A stretch of 64,000 nt of DNA, from positions 7,551,437 to 7,615,436 of the forward strand of contig CAVNZM010000011.1 of assembly GCA_963693365.1 (NCBI GenBank), read 5' to 3'. The DNA comes from Amoebidium appalachense. Lineage: Eukaryota > Protista > Ichthyosporea. The stretch's first letter is position 1, and each line of letters begins with the position of its first letter. The notes under the pieces were generated by a model that searched no databases, was not told where the DNA came from, and worked only from the letters and a program-made list of their open reading frames with translations. The position numbers were made by a program, and so were the translations under genes. Below, piece after piece: positions 41,901 through 51,764 of this stretch.

Positions 41901-41994
41901 AGCACACACGGTCACATTCACTCATTTCAACACTGACACTCAATAGTAAAAGGCGACACACAACAAACTTGTTTTTCAAACACTCACACGAAAC

Positions 41995-43104
41995 ATGGAT
42001 TCTTGGAAAGAGGAGCTTCAACAGCTGCAGAAGCGCTTTGATTTTCTGTACACGGACCATTCGTCTCGCTTAACGGCCCTGCACACCGACGTCACCAGCC
42101 TCCGCACCGACCTCACCAGCCTCCGCAGTCAAGTGACCAATGAGAATGCTGCGCGTACCCCCCAACCCCCCCAACCCCAGCCCTCTGATGTAGAGGCACG
42201 ACTGAGGGCAGCCGAAGAGCAGATCAAGACCCTGCAGGCCGAGCTTGCCAGCCTGCAACGGGCTGCAGCACCCCACCGGGATGGCCAGGTGGCCTATGAA
42301 AACTACATTTTCAGTGGCCCTTGCAAGACTACCCCTGTGGCCATGACCACCACTGTGACTGCCCCCACCCCTGCCGCCAAGACCGCCCCTGTGACTGCCC
42401 CCACCCCTGCCGCCAAGACCGCCCCTGTGACTGCCCCCACCCCTGCCGCCAAGACCGCCCCTGCCAAGACCACCCCTACCACCAAGACCACTCCTGCCAA
42501 GACCACCCCTACCACCAAGACCACTCCTGCCAAGACCACCCCTACCACCAAGACCACTCCTGCCAAGACCACCCCTGCCGCTAAGCCCAGGCCCAAGCAC
42601 ACCAAAACACCTGAGACTTCGTTGCATGACCATACGATGGACCTCGATGCACAGCTAACTAGTGTGAGGGGGGAGCTCCAGAATGCTCGAGAGCGTGTCA
42701 AAGAGGCAAAGGCGGCTGAAGATGAAATGGCGGAGGGCCTGGCCATTGCTGCTGTGTGTGCAGCCCAAAACACCATAAAAAGCATCCGAAGGAAGATTCT
42801 GCGACGGGAGAAGAACTTGAAGGCATACACAGGTGGTAATGAGTCTGTCTCTTCACCTGCCTCACCCGCCAAACGCGTCCATGATCAATGCGATTGGGAC
42901 TCAGATGAAGCATTCAACCCCAAGCGGCTCAAACGACGGGCAAATCAGGTACTCGATGATATGACAGATGACGAATCTGCGTCTGATCGTGAGTCGGTCG
43001 TGTATGACCGCAAACCTGAACCCAAACATAAACAAACTGAAGAAATTCCCCTCATTGATCTTGACCAGGAAGAGTTTGACCAGTATGAGCATGAGATGTA
43101 CTGA
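41995..43104 (+). CDS. Coiled-coil protein with central TAPTPAAK/KTTP repeats and a basic/acidic tail, 369 aa
   Basis: TATA box, AAACATGG start context, heptad pattern and in-frame repeats. Confidence 0.8.
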   Translation: MDSWKEELQQLQKRFDFLYTDHSSRLTALHTDVTSLRTDLTSLRSQVTNENAARTPQPPQPQPSDVEARLRAAEEQIKTLQAELASLQRAAAPHRDGQVAYENYIFSGPCKTTPVAMTTTVTAPTPAAKTAPVTAPTPAAKTAPVTAPTPAAKTAPAKTTPTTKTTPAKTTPTTKTTPAKTTPTTKTTPAKTTPAAKPRPKHTKTPETSLHDHTMDLDAQLTSVRGELQNARERVKEAKAAEDEMAEGLAIAAVCAAQNTIKSIRRKILRREKNLKAYTGGNESVSSPASPAKRVHDQCDWDSDEAFNPKRLKRRANQVLDDMTDDESASDRESVVYDRKPEPKHKQTEEIPLIDLDQEEFDQYEHEMY

Positions 43105-43506
43105 TTTGATTGGTCGACTAAGTGGCATTCTCTTTTGATTTGTATTTGAATTGATCGGTCTTGATTTATTTGTTTCTTTTCTCTTTTAGTTTGTATTTGA
43201 ATATACTCGGTCCAAGTTGATTTGTTCTTTGTAATCTGACTAGACTATCATGTACGTACTTACTCTTTTTCTATACAATCACTTGTGTTCATATTAAAGG
43301 ATTCTGTGTACGTGGACCACGGAAACATACACCATTTTTTGCAGTGCTTCATGCTATAAAATAACCATGAGAGACACAAACAAATACACTAAGTGTGTAC
43401 ACGTCTACCCATAGGCCCAAGTGTTGACATGTCTGCCCACAGTTCCCTAAGGCTTAAAGCACACATCTGCCTGTATGCCATAAACTTTACTTTCACCACA
43501 AGACAC

Positions 43507-44652
43507 CCACCTAAGTACACGTCTGCACCACCCTAAGTACACTGTGGTGCACAGCCCCACCCTAAGTACACTCTGCACCACCCTAAGTAACCCTAAGTAC
43601 ACTCTGCACCACCCTAAGTACACTCTGCACCACCCTAAGTACACGTCTGCACCACCCTAAGTACACGTCTGCACCACCCTAAGTAGACCTCTGCACCACC
43701 CTAAGTACACGTCTGCACCACCCTAAGTACACTCTGCACCACCCTAAGTACACCTCTGCACCACCCTAAGTACACGTCTGCACCACCCTAAGTACACGTC
43801 TGCACCACCCTAAGTACACCTCTGCACCACCCTAAGTACACGTCTGCACCACCCTAAGTACACGTCTGCACCACCCTAAGTAGACCTCTGCACCACCCTA
43901 AGTACACGTCTGCACCACCCTAAGTAGACCTCTGCACCACCCTAAGTAGACCTCTGCACCACCCTAAGTACACGTCTGCACCACCCTAAGTAGACCTCTG
44001 CACCACCCTAAGTACACGTCTGCACCACCCTAAGTAGACCTCTGCACCACCCTAAGTACACGTCTGCACCACCCTAAGTAGACCTCTGCACCACCCTAAG
44101 TACACGTCTGCACCACCCTAAGTACACGTCTGCACCACCCTAAGTAGACCTCTGCACCACCCTAAGTACACGTCTGCACCACCCTAAGTAGACCTCTGCA
44201 CCACCCTAAGTACACGTCTGCACCACCCTAAGTACACGTCTGCACCACCCTAAGTAGACCTCTGCACCACCCTAAGTACACGTCTGCACCACCCTAAGTA
44301 GACCTCTGCACCACCCTAAGTACACGTCTGCACCACCCTAAGTACACGTCTGCACCACCCTAAGTACACGTCTGCACCACCCTAAGTAGACCTCTGCACC
44401 ACCCTAAGTACACGTCTGCACCACCCTAAGTAGACCTCTGCACCACCCTAAGTACACCTCTGCACCACCCTAAGTACACGTCTGCACCACCCTAAGTACA
44501 CCACCCTAAGTACACGTCTGCACCACCCTAAGTAGACCTCTGCACCACCCTAAGTACACGTCTGCACCACCCTAAGTACACCTCTGCACAGCCCTAAGTA
44601 CACCTCTGCACCACCCTAAGTACACTCTGCACAGCCCCACCCTAAGTACACT
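43507..44652. repeat. 22-bp tandem array (~50 copies), each unit containing CCCTAA
   Basis: CTGCACCACCCTAAGTA[C/G]AC[G/C]T repeated. Confidence 0.97.
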
Positions 44653-44730
44653 CAATGTTAAGTACATCTGCACACAAGCACTAGAATAGCCTGAGGCTAC
44701 TCTCTAATAGCGGCCCCTTTTTTCACCGTG

Positions 44731-45582
44731 TCAAGGCCAGTTGATATATTCGTCTGAAGACTCGGAAGACGCCCCAGAGCTGCTGGCTTCACTGGCTCGT
44801 GCCCTTTTCTGCTGTCCCCGTGTCAAGGTCTTGGACTCGGAAGACGAGTGCTCCTCAGAAGACGAGTACTCCTCAGGTCCCCATATCAAGGTCTTGAACC
44901 AAGGAGGCACTTCCTCCTGTACCGCCGACCCAGAGCTTCTGACTTCCTCTCGTGTCCTCTTCTGCTGTCTTGGTGGTTTCTCCCGTGTCTTGGACCCCTG
45001 TGTGAAGGTCTTCCAGTTGAAATAAGGAGGCACTGGAGAATGGTGCTCCTCCTCCGACCCAGAGCTTCTGACTTCCTCTCGTGTCCTCTTCTGCTGTCTT
45101 CGTGGTTTCTCCCGTGTCTTGGACCCCTGTGTGGTGTGCAAACGTGAGCGCTGCAGGGGCAGGGGGGCCAAGTCCACGGGATAGGAGCTGCCATGCTCGC
45201 CAGCACGAAGTGCAGGTGCCGCTGCCAGGACAGGGGGTGCCACGGTTGCTGCTGGGGGTGCCACGGTTGCTGCTGGGGGTGCCACGGTTGCTGCTGGGCG
45301 TGCCACGGTTGCTGCTGGGCGTGCCACGGTTGCTGCTGGGCGTGCCACGGTTGCTGCTGGGGGTGCCACGGTTGCTGCTGGGGGTGCCACGGTTGCTGCT
45401 GGGGGTGCCACGGTTGCTGCTGTAGTGGTGCGCTTGCTTAAAGCCATGCGGGCGTGCCTAGCAAGGGCGCACGCGAAACGGGTCTGGGTGTCCCGCAGGT
45501 CCTTTGCATCCCGCTCCAAAGTCTTGAGTCTTGTCTCTATTTTTTCAGCGCGCCTTTCTAGATCTTTGATGTTAATACTCAT
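44731..45582 (-). CDS. Coiled-coil protein with (AATVAPP)n and Ser/Arg/Lys-rich duplicated segments
   Basis: ATG at 45582, 84 bp downstream of a TATA box. In-frame 21-bp repeats and an ~80-bp internal duplication. Confidence 0.75.
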   Translation of the reverse strand: MSINIKDLERRAEKIETRLKTLERDAKDLRDTQTRFACALARHARMALSKRTTTAATVAPPAATVAPPAATVAPPAATVARPAATVARPAATVARPAATVAPPAATVAPPAATVAPPVLAAAPALRAGEHGSSYPVDLAPLPLQRSRLHTTQGSKTREKPRRQQKRTREEVRSSGSEEEHHSPVPPYFNWKTFTQGSKTREKPPRQQKRTREEVRSSGSAVQEEVPPWFKTLIWGPEEYSSSEEHSSSESKTLTRGQQKRARASEASSSGASSESSDEYINWP

Positions 45583-45665
45583 TTTCGTGACAGTTGGATG
45601 TACGTTGTGTGCCAAGGGAGAAGCTAGCTAACATGGAAAAGGTGTGTGGATTGAAGAGAGTATGG

Positions 45666-45678
45666 GCTTTTATATGCC
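45666..45678 (-). promoter_or_regulatory. TATA box GGCATATAAAAGC, with several CCAAT boxes upstream (45716-45782)
   Basis: Exact reverse complement of 41888-41900. Confidence 0.7.
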
Positions 45679-46529
45679 GTGCCCGGCTTTGGCATCAGAT
45701 GCTTTATTGCATTAGATTGGTTGGATATACCCCAGCCGCGACGCTTGATTGGATCTAGAGATCGCGTGAATATCTGATTGGCTAATTGTCATTTGGGCAT
45801 CTTGGTGTATCCGATAAGTTGGGGCTCAACCAAATCTGCTGACTGATTGATGAATTCTGATTGGATCAACAAGAGCATGTTTTGACTTGAGAATTGTCAT
45901 TTGACAGATTGGATTGTAATCCGATCTTTGCAACTTGGCCGTCAGTGTTTGAACACAATGTATTTTGATGTAGCAACTCCTAAAAAAACACGAATATGCT
46001 TCCCAACAATTACGAGCATTATTCTGTCTATCAGGGATACAAAAATTGGTCAGGAAAAGTACACAATCACATGGTGCTGACTGCTTGAACACGATGTCAA
46101 CTGATAGCGAATCGGTGCACTGCCTGCTGGGAACAACATGTCACTTTTTGAGCAGCACTTAGGAAACTCGCGCTCACGTGGATCCAATACTTATACACCA
46201 ACCAGAAGTGTGCGCACAAAAAGGGGTCCGAGCTGGATACAAATGGCTTGGTGTGTGTGTGTGTGTGTTTTATTTTGCACTGTGTAAGGAGCGCTTTTTT
46301 TTGTTCACACTGCTTTACTTTGTAAATAATCAGTGGCGAGTTTTTTTAGTTCACGGTGTGTTTGCGCATCATAGGATTTTGCTTTATTTTGCATTGTGTA
46401 AGAGGAACGTTTTTTTTTGGGTCACACTTTTGCTTCGTAAAAATAAGAGGGACGTTTTTTTTGTTCACACTGCTTTGCTTCGTGGATAAAAACTAAACAC
46501 CTCCTGCCCAACCGGCTGCAAACGACACA

Positions 46530-46892
46530 ATGGATGAAAGTTTAACAGTCACACAGCGCCAAGATGCACACACCGAGCAGCTGCAAGAGACCAACAAGAT
46601 GCTGAAGGAGGCCAACGAGGGGCTGCACGGGCTGATCCAGCAGCTGAGGGAGTTGAACAACGACATGGACAAGGACAACGACGCGCTGCGCACAATGAAC
46701 AAGAACCAGCGGGAGGTGATCAAGGGCCTGCAAGAGGAGCGCAACAAGGTGTGCGAAGAGAACAAGAATTTGGTGGTGGAGAACCAAGAGCTGCAGCTGG
46801 AAAACGACAAGCTGAAGAAGCAAAAGGACTTTCTACGGGCCTGTCTCATACGGCTGGGCCAGTCCGCTAAGACTCCGGATGAAACGGATTGA
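46530..46892 (+). CDS. Small coiled-coil protein, 120 aa
   Basis: Continuous heptads, strong GC3 bias and CACAATGG start context. Confidence 0.75.
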   Translation: MDESLTVTQRQDAHTEQLQETNKMLKEANEGLHGLIQQLRELNNDMDKDNDALRTMNKNQREVIKGLQEERNKVCEENKNLVVENQELQLENDKLKKQKDFLRACLIRLGQSAKTPDETD

Positions 46893-46950
46893 TACAATCA
46901 TGAGGGATAACACTTGCGAGTGATTTCATTCTGTTACTTAGTATGTATTA

Positions 46951-47252
46951 ACGTCTAAGCTTGATGAAAACAAACCCGTGGCTGCTAACCATTGGCCGGG
47001 TATAGATCTAACCAAAAAAGGAAGGCACAACAAATTAGTGCCCTGCACACGGAGCATGCCTATAGGCTGTTTAGACACCACACGTGTAGAGCACTGCCTC
47101 TTGGCACCAACCAGAAGAGGGTAGAAATCAGTGCCCTGCACACAGAGCATGCCTATAGGCTGTTTAGACACCACACGTGTAGGGCACTGCCTCTTGGCAC
47201 CAACCAGAAGAGGGTAGAAATCAGTGCCCTGCACACGGGGCATGCCTATAGG
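46951..47252. repeat. Inverted copy of ~41480-41781 (80-bp unique segment plus ~2.4 diverged 92/93-bp units)
   Basis: ACGTCTAAGCTTGATGAAAACAAACCC... is the reverse complement of the sequence just after the 92-bp array. Confidence 0.92.
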
Positions 47253-47929
47253 CAGTGATGGGGTGAGTAGGATGAGTAGCTTGAGTACCTACTCATCTGG
47301 TCTCCCCCCGGGTGTTCCAATTTCCTTTTGGATTGAGATTTAGGTATACCCGTAGCCCACAGTAGATGAGTACGTACTCATCCTACTCATCCTACTCACT
47401 ATATGACAATTGCATATTTTTATACCTAAAAAGGAAACCTTTACCATATTTGGGTGAGTAACATCTAGTGGGGGAAACTTGTCTGTGTTACTCAGAATGA
47501 GTACCCTGAGTAAGATATTGTTACTCATGAAACAAATAAAAAACCATAAAATTTTATGCTCAGAGTAACTTGAATTACTCAGGGCAAAGGAAAACGTTGG
47601 CTTTTTTATGCCTTAACCTCAACGATAACAGATTCTCGTGGGTGGAAGCGCAACTGGCCGGAGTGTGGACGGAACTTCAGGCAGAAGGCTCACTTGGAAA
47701 CCCATCTGCGAAAACACACAGGCGCCCTGTTCAAATGTGATTATCCGGAGTGTTCAGCTGCATATACAACCCCAGCTTCGTTGTCAACACACATGTGGAA
47801 ACACAAGTCAGAAAAACCCTTTATTTGCAGCGATTGTGGCAAGGAATTTATACATCCAAGTTCATATCGTGTGCATCAGAGATCGCATTCTGGCGGGAAC
47901 TCTTTCAGATGTGATTATATGGGATGCAG

Positions 47930-48110
47930 ATACAGTTGAACCTACCATCCTTTCCTAAACTTGCCAACATGACCACGGGTCATGAAAGGAGCTAGGCTAG
48001 TGGCATGGTCATGCAAGATTACAAGAACCTTGGCCTATACCGGCAGAGGCCCGTGGCTGCCCACGGGCCGCGTACATGAGCGAATAAATATGTTGCGAGC
48101 CCCATTGACA
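47930..48110 (-). ncRNA. Predicted omegaRNA scaffold at the IS607 right end
   Basis: Expected position for a TnpB/Fanzor guide RNA. Hairpins GGCCCGTGG..CCACGGGCC (48048-48069) and CATGACC..GGTCATG (47968-47984). Boundaries are inferred. Confidence 0.55.
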
Positions 48111-49987
48111 TCTCTGTCAATGACCAACCCACAATGTTTACACTTGAACACCTTAGAACCTCCAAGACCCTGGTTGATCTGTCCACACCTCCCACACGTT
48201 TTGCTGGTGTAGGATTCATTGACAAACACCACTGCAGTTCCCCGTTGCTCTGCTTTACACACCAGCCGTTGTCGAAACTTGGCATGCTGCCAACCCATCA
48301 TGCATCGGACGCTCTTGCTGCGAAGTTTCCTCTTGCCCCTACGTGACATACTCCCAGAGTCAAACCAAGGAATAACTACCACGTCGAAGTTGGAGGTGAG
48401 CCATCCAGCGGCCTTCCAGTGTGCGTCGGCAATAAGGTTCTGAACCCTTCGGCGCATTCGGAACAGGGCCTTTCTCATCCGATACCGACTTTTGTGTTTA
48501 ACAGATGTCTGTGTCAAACGACTTTTCAGCTGGTCCTCACGGTTGAGCAGCCGACTGATGCGTTTGATGTCCCCGGGAAAAAGGTGTGTGACCTCCTTGT
48601 TACAGGGGTCATAGACAGTCTGGAAGGTTCTAATACCAGGATCAAGTGCACATATCCGCCTATCGTGTTGTTCGGTTAGAGGGGTTTGGCTATCACCCCC
48701 CGGTACCCGATATGTAATTGATAGGTAGAAATGCCCGTCCCTGGTCATCAAGAGCCGCCCATCTGTTTCCATTTCACCCGGTTGTACTTGCTCCGCAAGT
48801 TTCAAATGCCCACCTTCGGGGCACATCGTTGGGGCAAAAATGGCGTGTGTACCATTGAACTTGGTGAGTGCGCGGGGTATTAGAATTGATTGATATCCGT
48901 CCTTTTTGGATCTATACCGGACAAAGACACTGGTTGCCTTTAAACCCCTCTTCTTAGCATAACGTGCCTTTGCCTTCTGCGAACCCACGGCCCCGAAAAA
49001 ATCATCCACCGCGCCGTTACGAAAAAGGTTTGGCACACGCTTCTTGTATTCTTCGCAGTCTGGAATGCTTTTGTTGTTGACAAATTGCTTGCGATATTCG
49101 GTTTTGTCCATGCTTCCCTTCAGGTCGTGAAGACCTACACATTGATTGAAGATCTTCCTTGCCACTCCGAAGCATTCGACCAACCATCGCTTTTGTTCCT
49201 TTGTTGGGATCACACGGATGAGTTTTGTGCGGACCAAAAGCTCGGTCCTTTCCCGCAAAGCCAAAACGTTCACTCCACAGGCCACATAATCGTCAAGCTC
49301 CGGAGGCCGTCCATTAAGACGATCCTTCAAATAGAGTTTCTGCTCTTTCTTCATGTGTTTCGATGCCATGCGCTTTAGTCTTTTGACGTTCCTTTCCGCT
49401 TCCCTCTGTTCCATTGCACTTGTTTCCGTACTTGCGACGTCCATGATGCTTACAGACAAAGTGGGTGGTGACGGCGATAAGGTCTTCCGCGAGTTCATCT
49501 GTATTGGACTCGTCTGCGTGATTGAGAACCACGATTTTGACCCCATATGCTTCCAGAATCCACCACAGCAGGTCACCGGCGAGTTGACACAGCCTGTCAT
49601 TGTGGGCAACCACAATCTCTCTGACATTTCCCTTGCTTGCCTGTTCCAAAATGGACAGCAGTCCTCTGCGCTTAAAGTTGACGCCACTCCCGACATCAGT
49701 GACAATTTCGTGATTGGGACACCGTTCACGCAGATACTGAACTTGCCGGTCGAGGTCCGTGCGCTGTTTGTGGGATGAGACCCGTGCGTAGGCAACATCA
49801 ACTCTGTCTGTTCGTGTGTCCGTTTCACACCCGAGCAACGTGTCAATGTCCGAGGTGTTGTACAGGCGGACATTGCCTGGTGTTCTAACAATTCGGATGC
49901 GTCCCTGGTTTGCCCATCTCCGAAGTGAGGATCCCGATACCCCGTACTTCTTTCTGGATTGAAGTCCAGATATGTACTTGGTGCCAT
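48035..49987 (-). CDS. tnpB: Fanzor2/IS607 TnpB RNA-guided nuclease (start uncertain)
   Basis: RuvC-I ALDPGIRTF, VVIP in place of the canonical Glu, shifted Glu in VNESYTSKTCGRCG, and CKHC...DRDVNGARNI. N-terminal FWN..LWLPT..SWF segment. Confidence 0.93.
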   Translation of the reverse strand: MAPSTYLDFNPERSTGYRDPHFGDGQTRDASELLEHQAMSACTTPRTLTRCSGVKRTHEQTELMLPTHGSHPTNSARTSTGKFSICVNGVPITKLSLMSGVASTLSAEDCCPFWNRQAREMSERLWLPTMTGCVNSPVTCCGGFWKHMGSKSWFSITQTSPIQMNSRKTLSPSPPTLSVSIMDVASTETSAMEQREAERNVKRLKRMASKHMKKEQKLYLKDRLNGRPPELDDYVACGVNVLALRERTELLVRTKLIRVIPTKEQKRWLVECFGVARKIFNQCVGLHDLKGSMDKTEYRKQFVNNKSIPDCEEYKKRVPNLFRNGAVDDFFGAVGSQKAKARYAKKRGLKATSVFVRYRSKKDGYQSILIPRALTKFNGTHAIFAPTMCPEGGHLKLAEQVQPGEMETDGRLLMTRDGHFYLSITYRVPGGDSQTPLTEQHDRRICALDPGIRTFQTVYDPCNKEVTHLFPGDIKRISRLLNREDQLKSRLTQTSVKHKSRYRMRKALFRMRRRVQNLIADAHWKAAGWLTSNFDVVVIPWFDSGSMSRRGKRKLRSKSVRCMMGWQHAKFRQRLVCKAEQRGTAVVFVNESYTSKTCGRCGQINQGLGGSKVFKCKHCGLVIDRDVNGARNIFIRSCTRPVGSHGPLPV

Positions 49988-49997
49988 TGTGGGGCAT
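49314..49997 (-). CDS. tnpA: IS607 serine recombinase TnpA (MerR-like HTH plus resolvase)
   Basis: SLRRW..G HTH, YARVSS..Q..DLDRQ, DVGSGVNFKRRGL, DRL and ELAEDL motifs. Confidence 0.95.
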   Translation of the reverse strand: MPHNGTKYISGLQSRKKYGVSGSSLRRWANQGRIRIVRTPGNVRLYNTSDIDTLLGCETDTRTDRVDVAYARVSSHKQRTDLDRQVQYLRERCPNHEIVTDVGSGVNFKRRGLLSILEQASKGNVREIVVAHNDRLCQLAGDLLWWILEAYGVKIVVLNHADESNTDELAEDLIAVTTHFVCKHHGRRKYGNKCNGTEGSGKERQKTKAHGIETHEERAETLFEGSS

Positions 49998-50384
49998 ACT
50001 ATAAGGTATAGAAAATATTTGAAGTTGCCCAACATTGGCAGTTTCAGATAACAAGAATAAGTGTGCCCTTTGTGACACTTGCAGTGGGTTGTTGTTGTTG
50101 CCTTTTACAACCACCGCTCTGGACACAAGATCGAACAGCTATCAAATTGACCATATATATGACAAAGAAAAACAAGGTTGCCAAAGATCATTGTAGCAGC
50201 AAATCATACCGGCACAAGGCCAGTTTGACCGTCCACCAAAGAGTGCACACGGGCGTAAGACCATATTCCTGCCATATCTGCGCTGCCACTTTTCATACTC
50301 GATCCTCGTGGAGTCATCACGAGCGAGCACACAGACAATTGGTCGAAACAAGCAAAGTTGTGGATGGCATTCCACAAAATTTTA

Positions 50385-50530
50385 CCCTTACGTGCTATGT
50401 AGGTGGCACAGGTCTTGCGGAACTCGTGGGCGCGCTTCCCAGGGAGTAGGTAGATGATCTCGAGGAGGTCACGGAATGAAGCCACTGGGGTGAGCTTCCC
50501 CACTCCATTGATGCGAAGTGGGCCTCGCGG
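50385..50530 (-). pseudogene. Fragment of a viral-type DNA-binding domain (Bro-N/KilA-N-like)
   Basis: LRINGVGKLTPVA..LEIIYLLPGKRAHEFR resembles a segment I recall from large DNA virus proteins. Truncated. Confidence 0.55.
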
Positions 50531-50695
50531 GCGAGAAGGGTGGGGGGGGATCATTTCTCTGAAAAATAAACAAATTTGTGTGCGCACACACAAGCATGCG
50601 CTCGGACGACACGTTGGGTGTGGCCCTGCTTATATACGCGTGCTGCACCATCCGGGGCGCAGTCGCACACACACACGCACTGCGCGATACCTGCA

Positions 50696-51214
50696 TTATT
50701 CTCTACACTGCCGCCTATTTTTCTGTACTGATTCATATAACTGCAGCGACAGAATGTCGCACCCCATGTCATGCCAAAGGAAGTCCTTCAAAAAGTCGAT
50801 TCGCAGAAGGGTTGTTCGTTTTCTCTTTGCCTCCATGGGGACCGCACGTCCCTCGCTCATGCCCTCCTCCTCCGTCGGATCCCTCGGTGGCAGCAGCGAC
50901 AGCGTGGTGTCCCAGCGCTCCCAGGTCAGCCGAAACGACTTGCCCCAATCCAGGTCGATGGTCACCGCATCCCCGGCCCCCTCCAGCGGACACGTCGAAA
51001 ACACAAGGTGGTTGAGTCCAGTCCTGTTCGACGTTTCCACCGACTGCAGCGGCAGCATCGTGTCCGACAGCATCGTGTCGCCCCTGCCGAGTCTTGCGTG
51101 GAGCTGTAGCGGCCGGCTTGCCACCCTCCCGGCGCCGTTCGAGTCGAACGTCATGTTGGATACAAGCAGCGACAGCCGATTGACAAATAGCTTCAGGTCC
51201 TGCTCAAAAGCCAT
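50696..51214 (-). CDS. Hypothetical protein
   Basis: ATG at 51214 (ACCATGG), ~50 bp downstream of GGTATAAAAGC (51265-51275). Confidence 0.6.
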   Translation of the reverse strand: MAFEQDLKLFVNRLSLLVSNMTFDSNGAGRVASRPLQLHARLGRGDTMLSDTMLPLQSVETSNRTGLNHLVFSTCPLEGAGDAVTIDLDWGKSFRLTWERWDTTLSLLPPRDPTEEEGMSEGRAVPMEAKRKRTTLLRIDFLKDFLWHDMGCDILSLQLYESVQKNRRQCRE

Positions 51215-51764
51215 GGTCGGTTCTGGTGCAGATTCAGACTGGCAGCTCCCCGTGTCAGACACACGCTTTTATACCCTCCAGAGTCCCCGCCTGCGTCGGC
51301 GCACACTCATTCGCAAGGTGCCAGTTCTCGAGGCGCTGCATGACCACGAGTGCGCGCTTGCGTGTTTCGGCGTGTGTGTACGTGGGCCCGAATCGGAGTG
51401 TGAGGTGCTGAGCGTGCGCTGTTGCACAAGCATGTGGACCGCAGGTGTGCGACCGGGAGACATTGTGGTGGCGTGCGAGATCAAGCGCGCAGAATCAGGG
51501 TGGCGCAAGGTGTCCCTCGAGCTCGAGGAGGGTGCGTGGACCAGCAACCTGTGCGCGGCTGGGTGCAAGCGGAGAAAGTGGTTTCACAGGGGTTGTGCAG
51601 GGCAAGCGCCCAAAATTTTGGGGTAGAGGTCATGCCAAAACAAGGAGGTCAGTCCAAAAAGAGGGGTCACAGACGTGCAAGGAAGTACGTGTTTGCCAAC
51701 GAGTTCATGCCAAAATACAGGAGACTGGTGCTCCGCCAGAGCGTGCGAGTGAAGCGTAAATGAG

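Larger units (their letters stand above)
47930..50206 (-). mobile_element. IS607-family element (TnpA plus Fanzor2/TnpB), ~2.27 kb
   Basis: Two diagnostic ORFs. The ends are bracketed by the interrupted zinc finger. GTTGCC repeats at the left end (~50024, 50097, 50177). Confidence 0.92.
47640..50350 (+). pseudogene. C2H2 zinc-finger gene split by IS607 (5' part ~47640-47936, 3' part ~50200-50350)
   Basis: ...FRCDYMGC / SKSYRHKASLTVHQRVHTGVRPY rejoin into one finger when 2270 bp are removed. Confidence 0.85.

Noticed and set aside
43507-44652. True telomere or interstitial telomeric tract
   Set aside because: CCCTAA occurs once per 22-bp unit and not as contiguous hexamers.
47930-50206. Bacterial contamination as the source of IS607
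   Set aside because: It sits inside a eukaryote-type C2H2 gene and has the Fanzor2 RuvC arrangement.
50454-51626. 390-aa plus-strand ORF
   Set aside because: No recognisable domain. It overlaps a minus-strand ORF that has a TATA box and a good start context. The 3' part may be a gene remnant.
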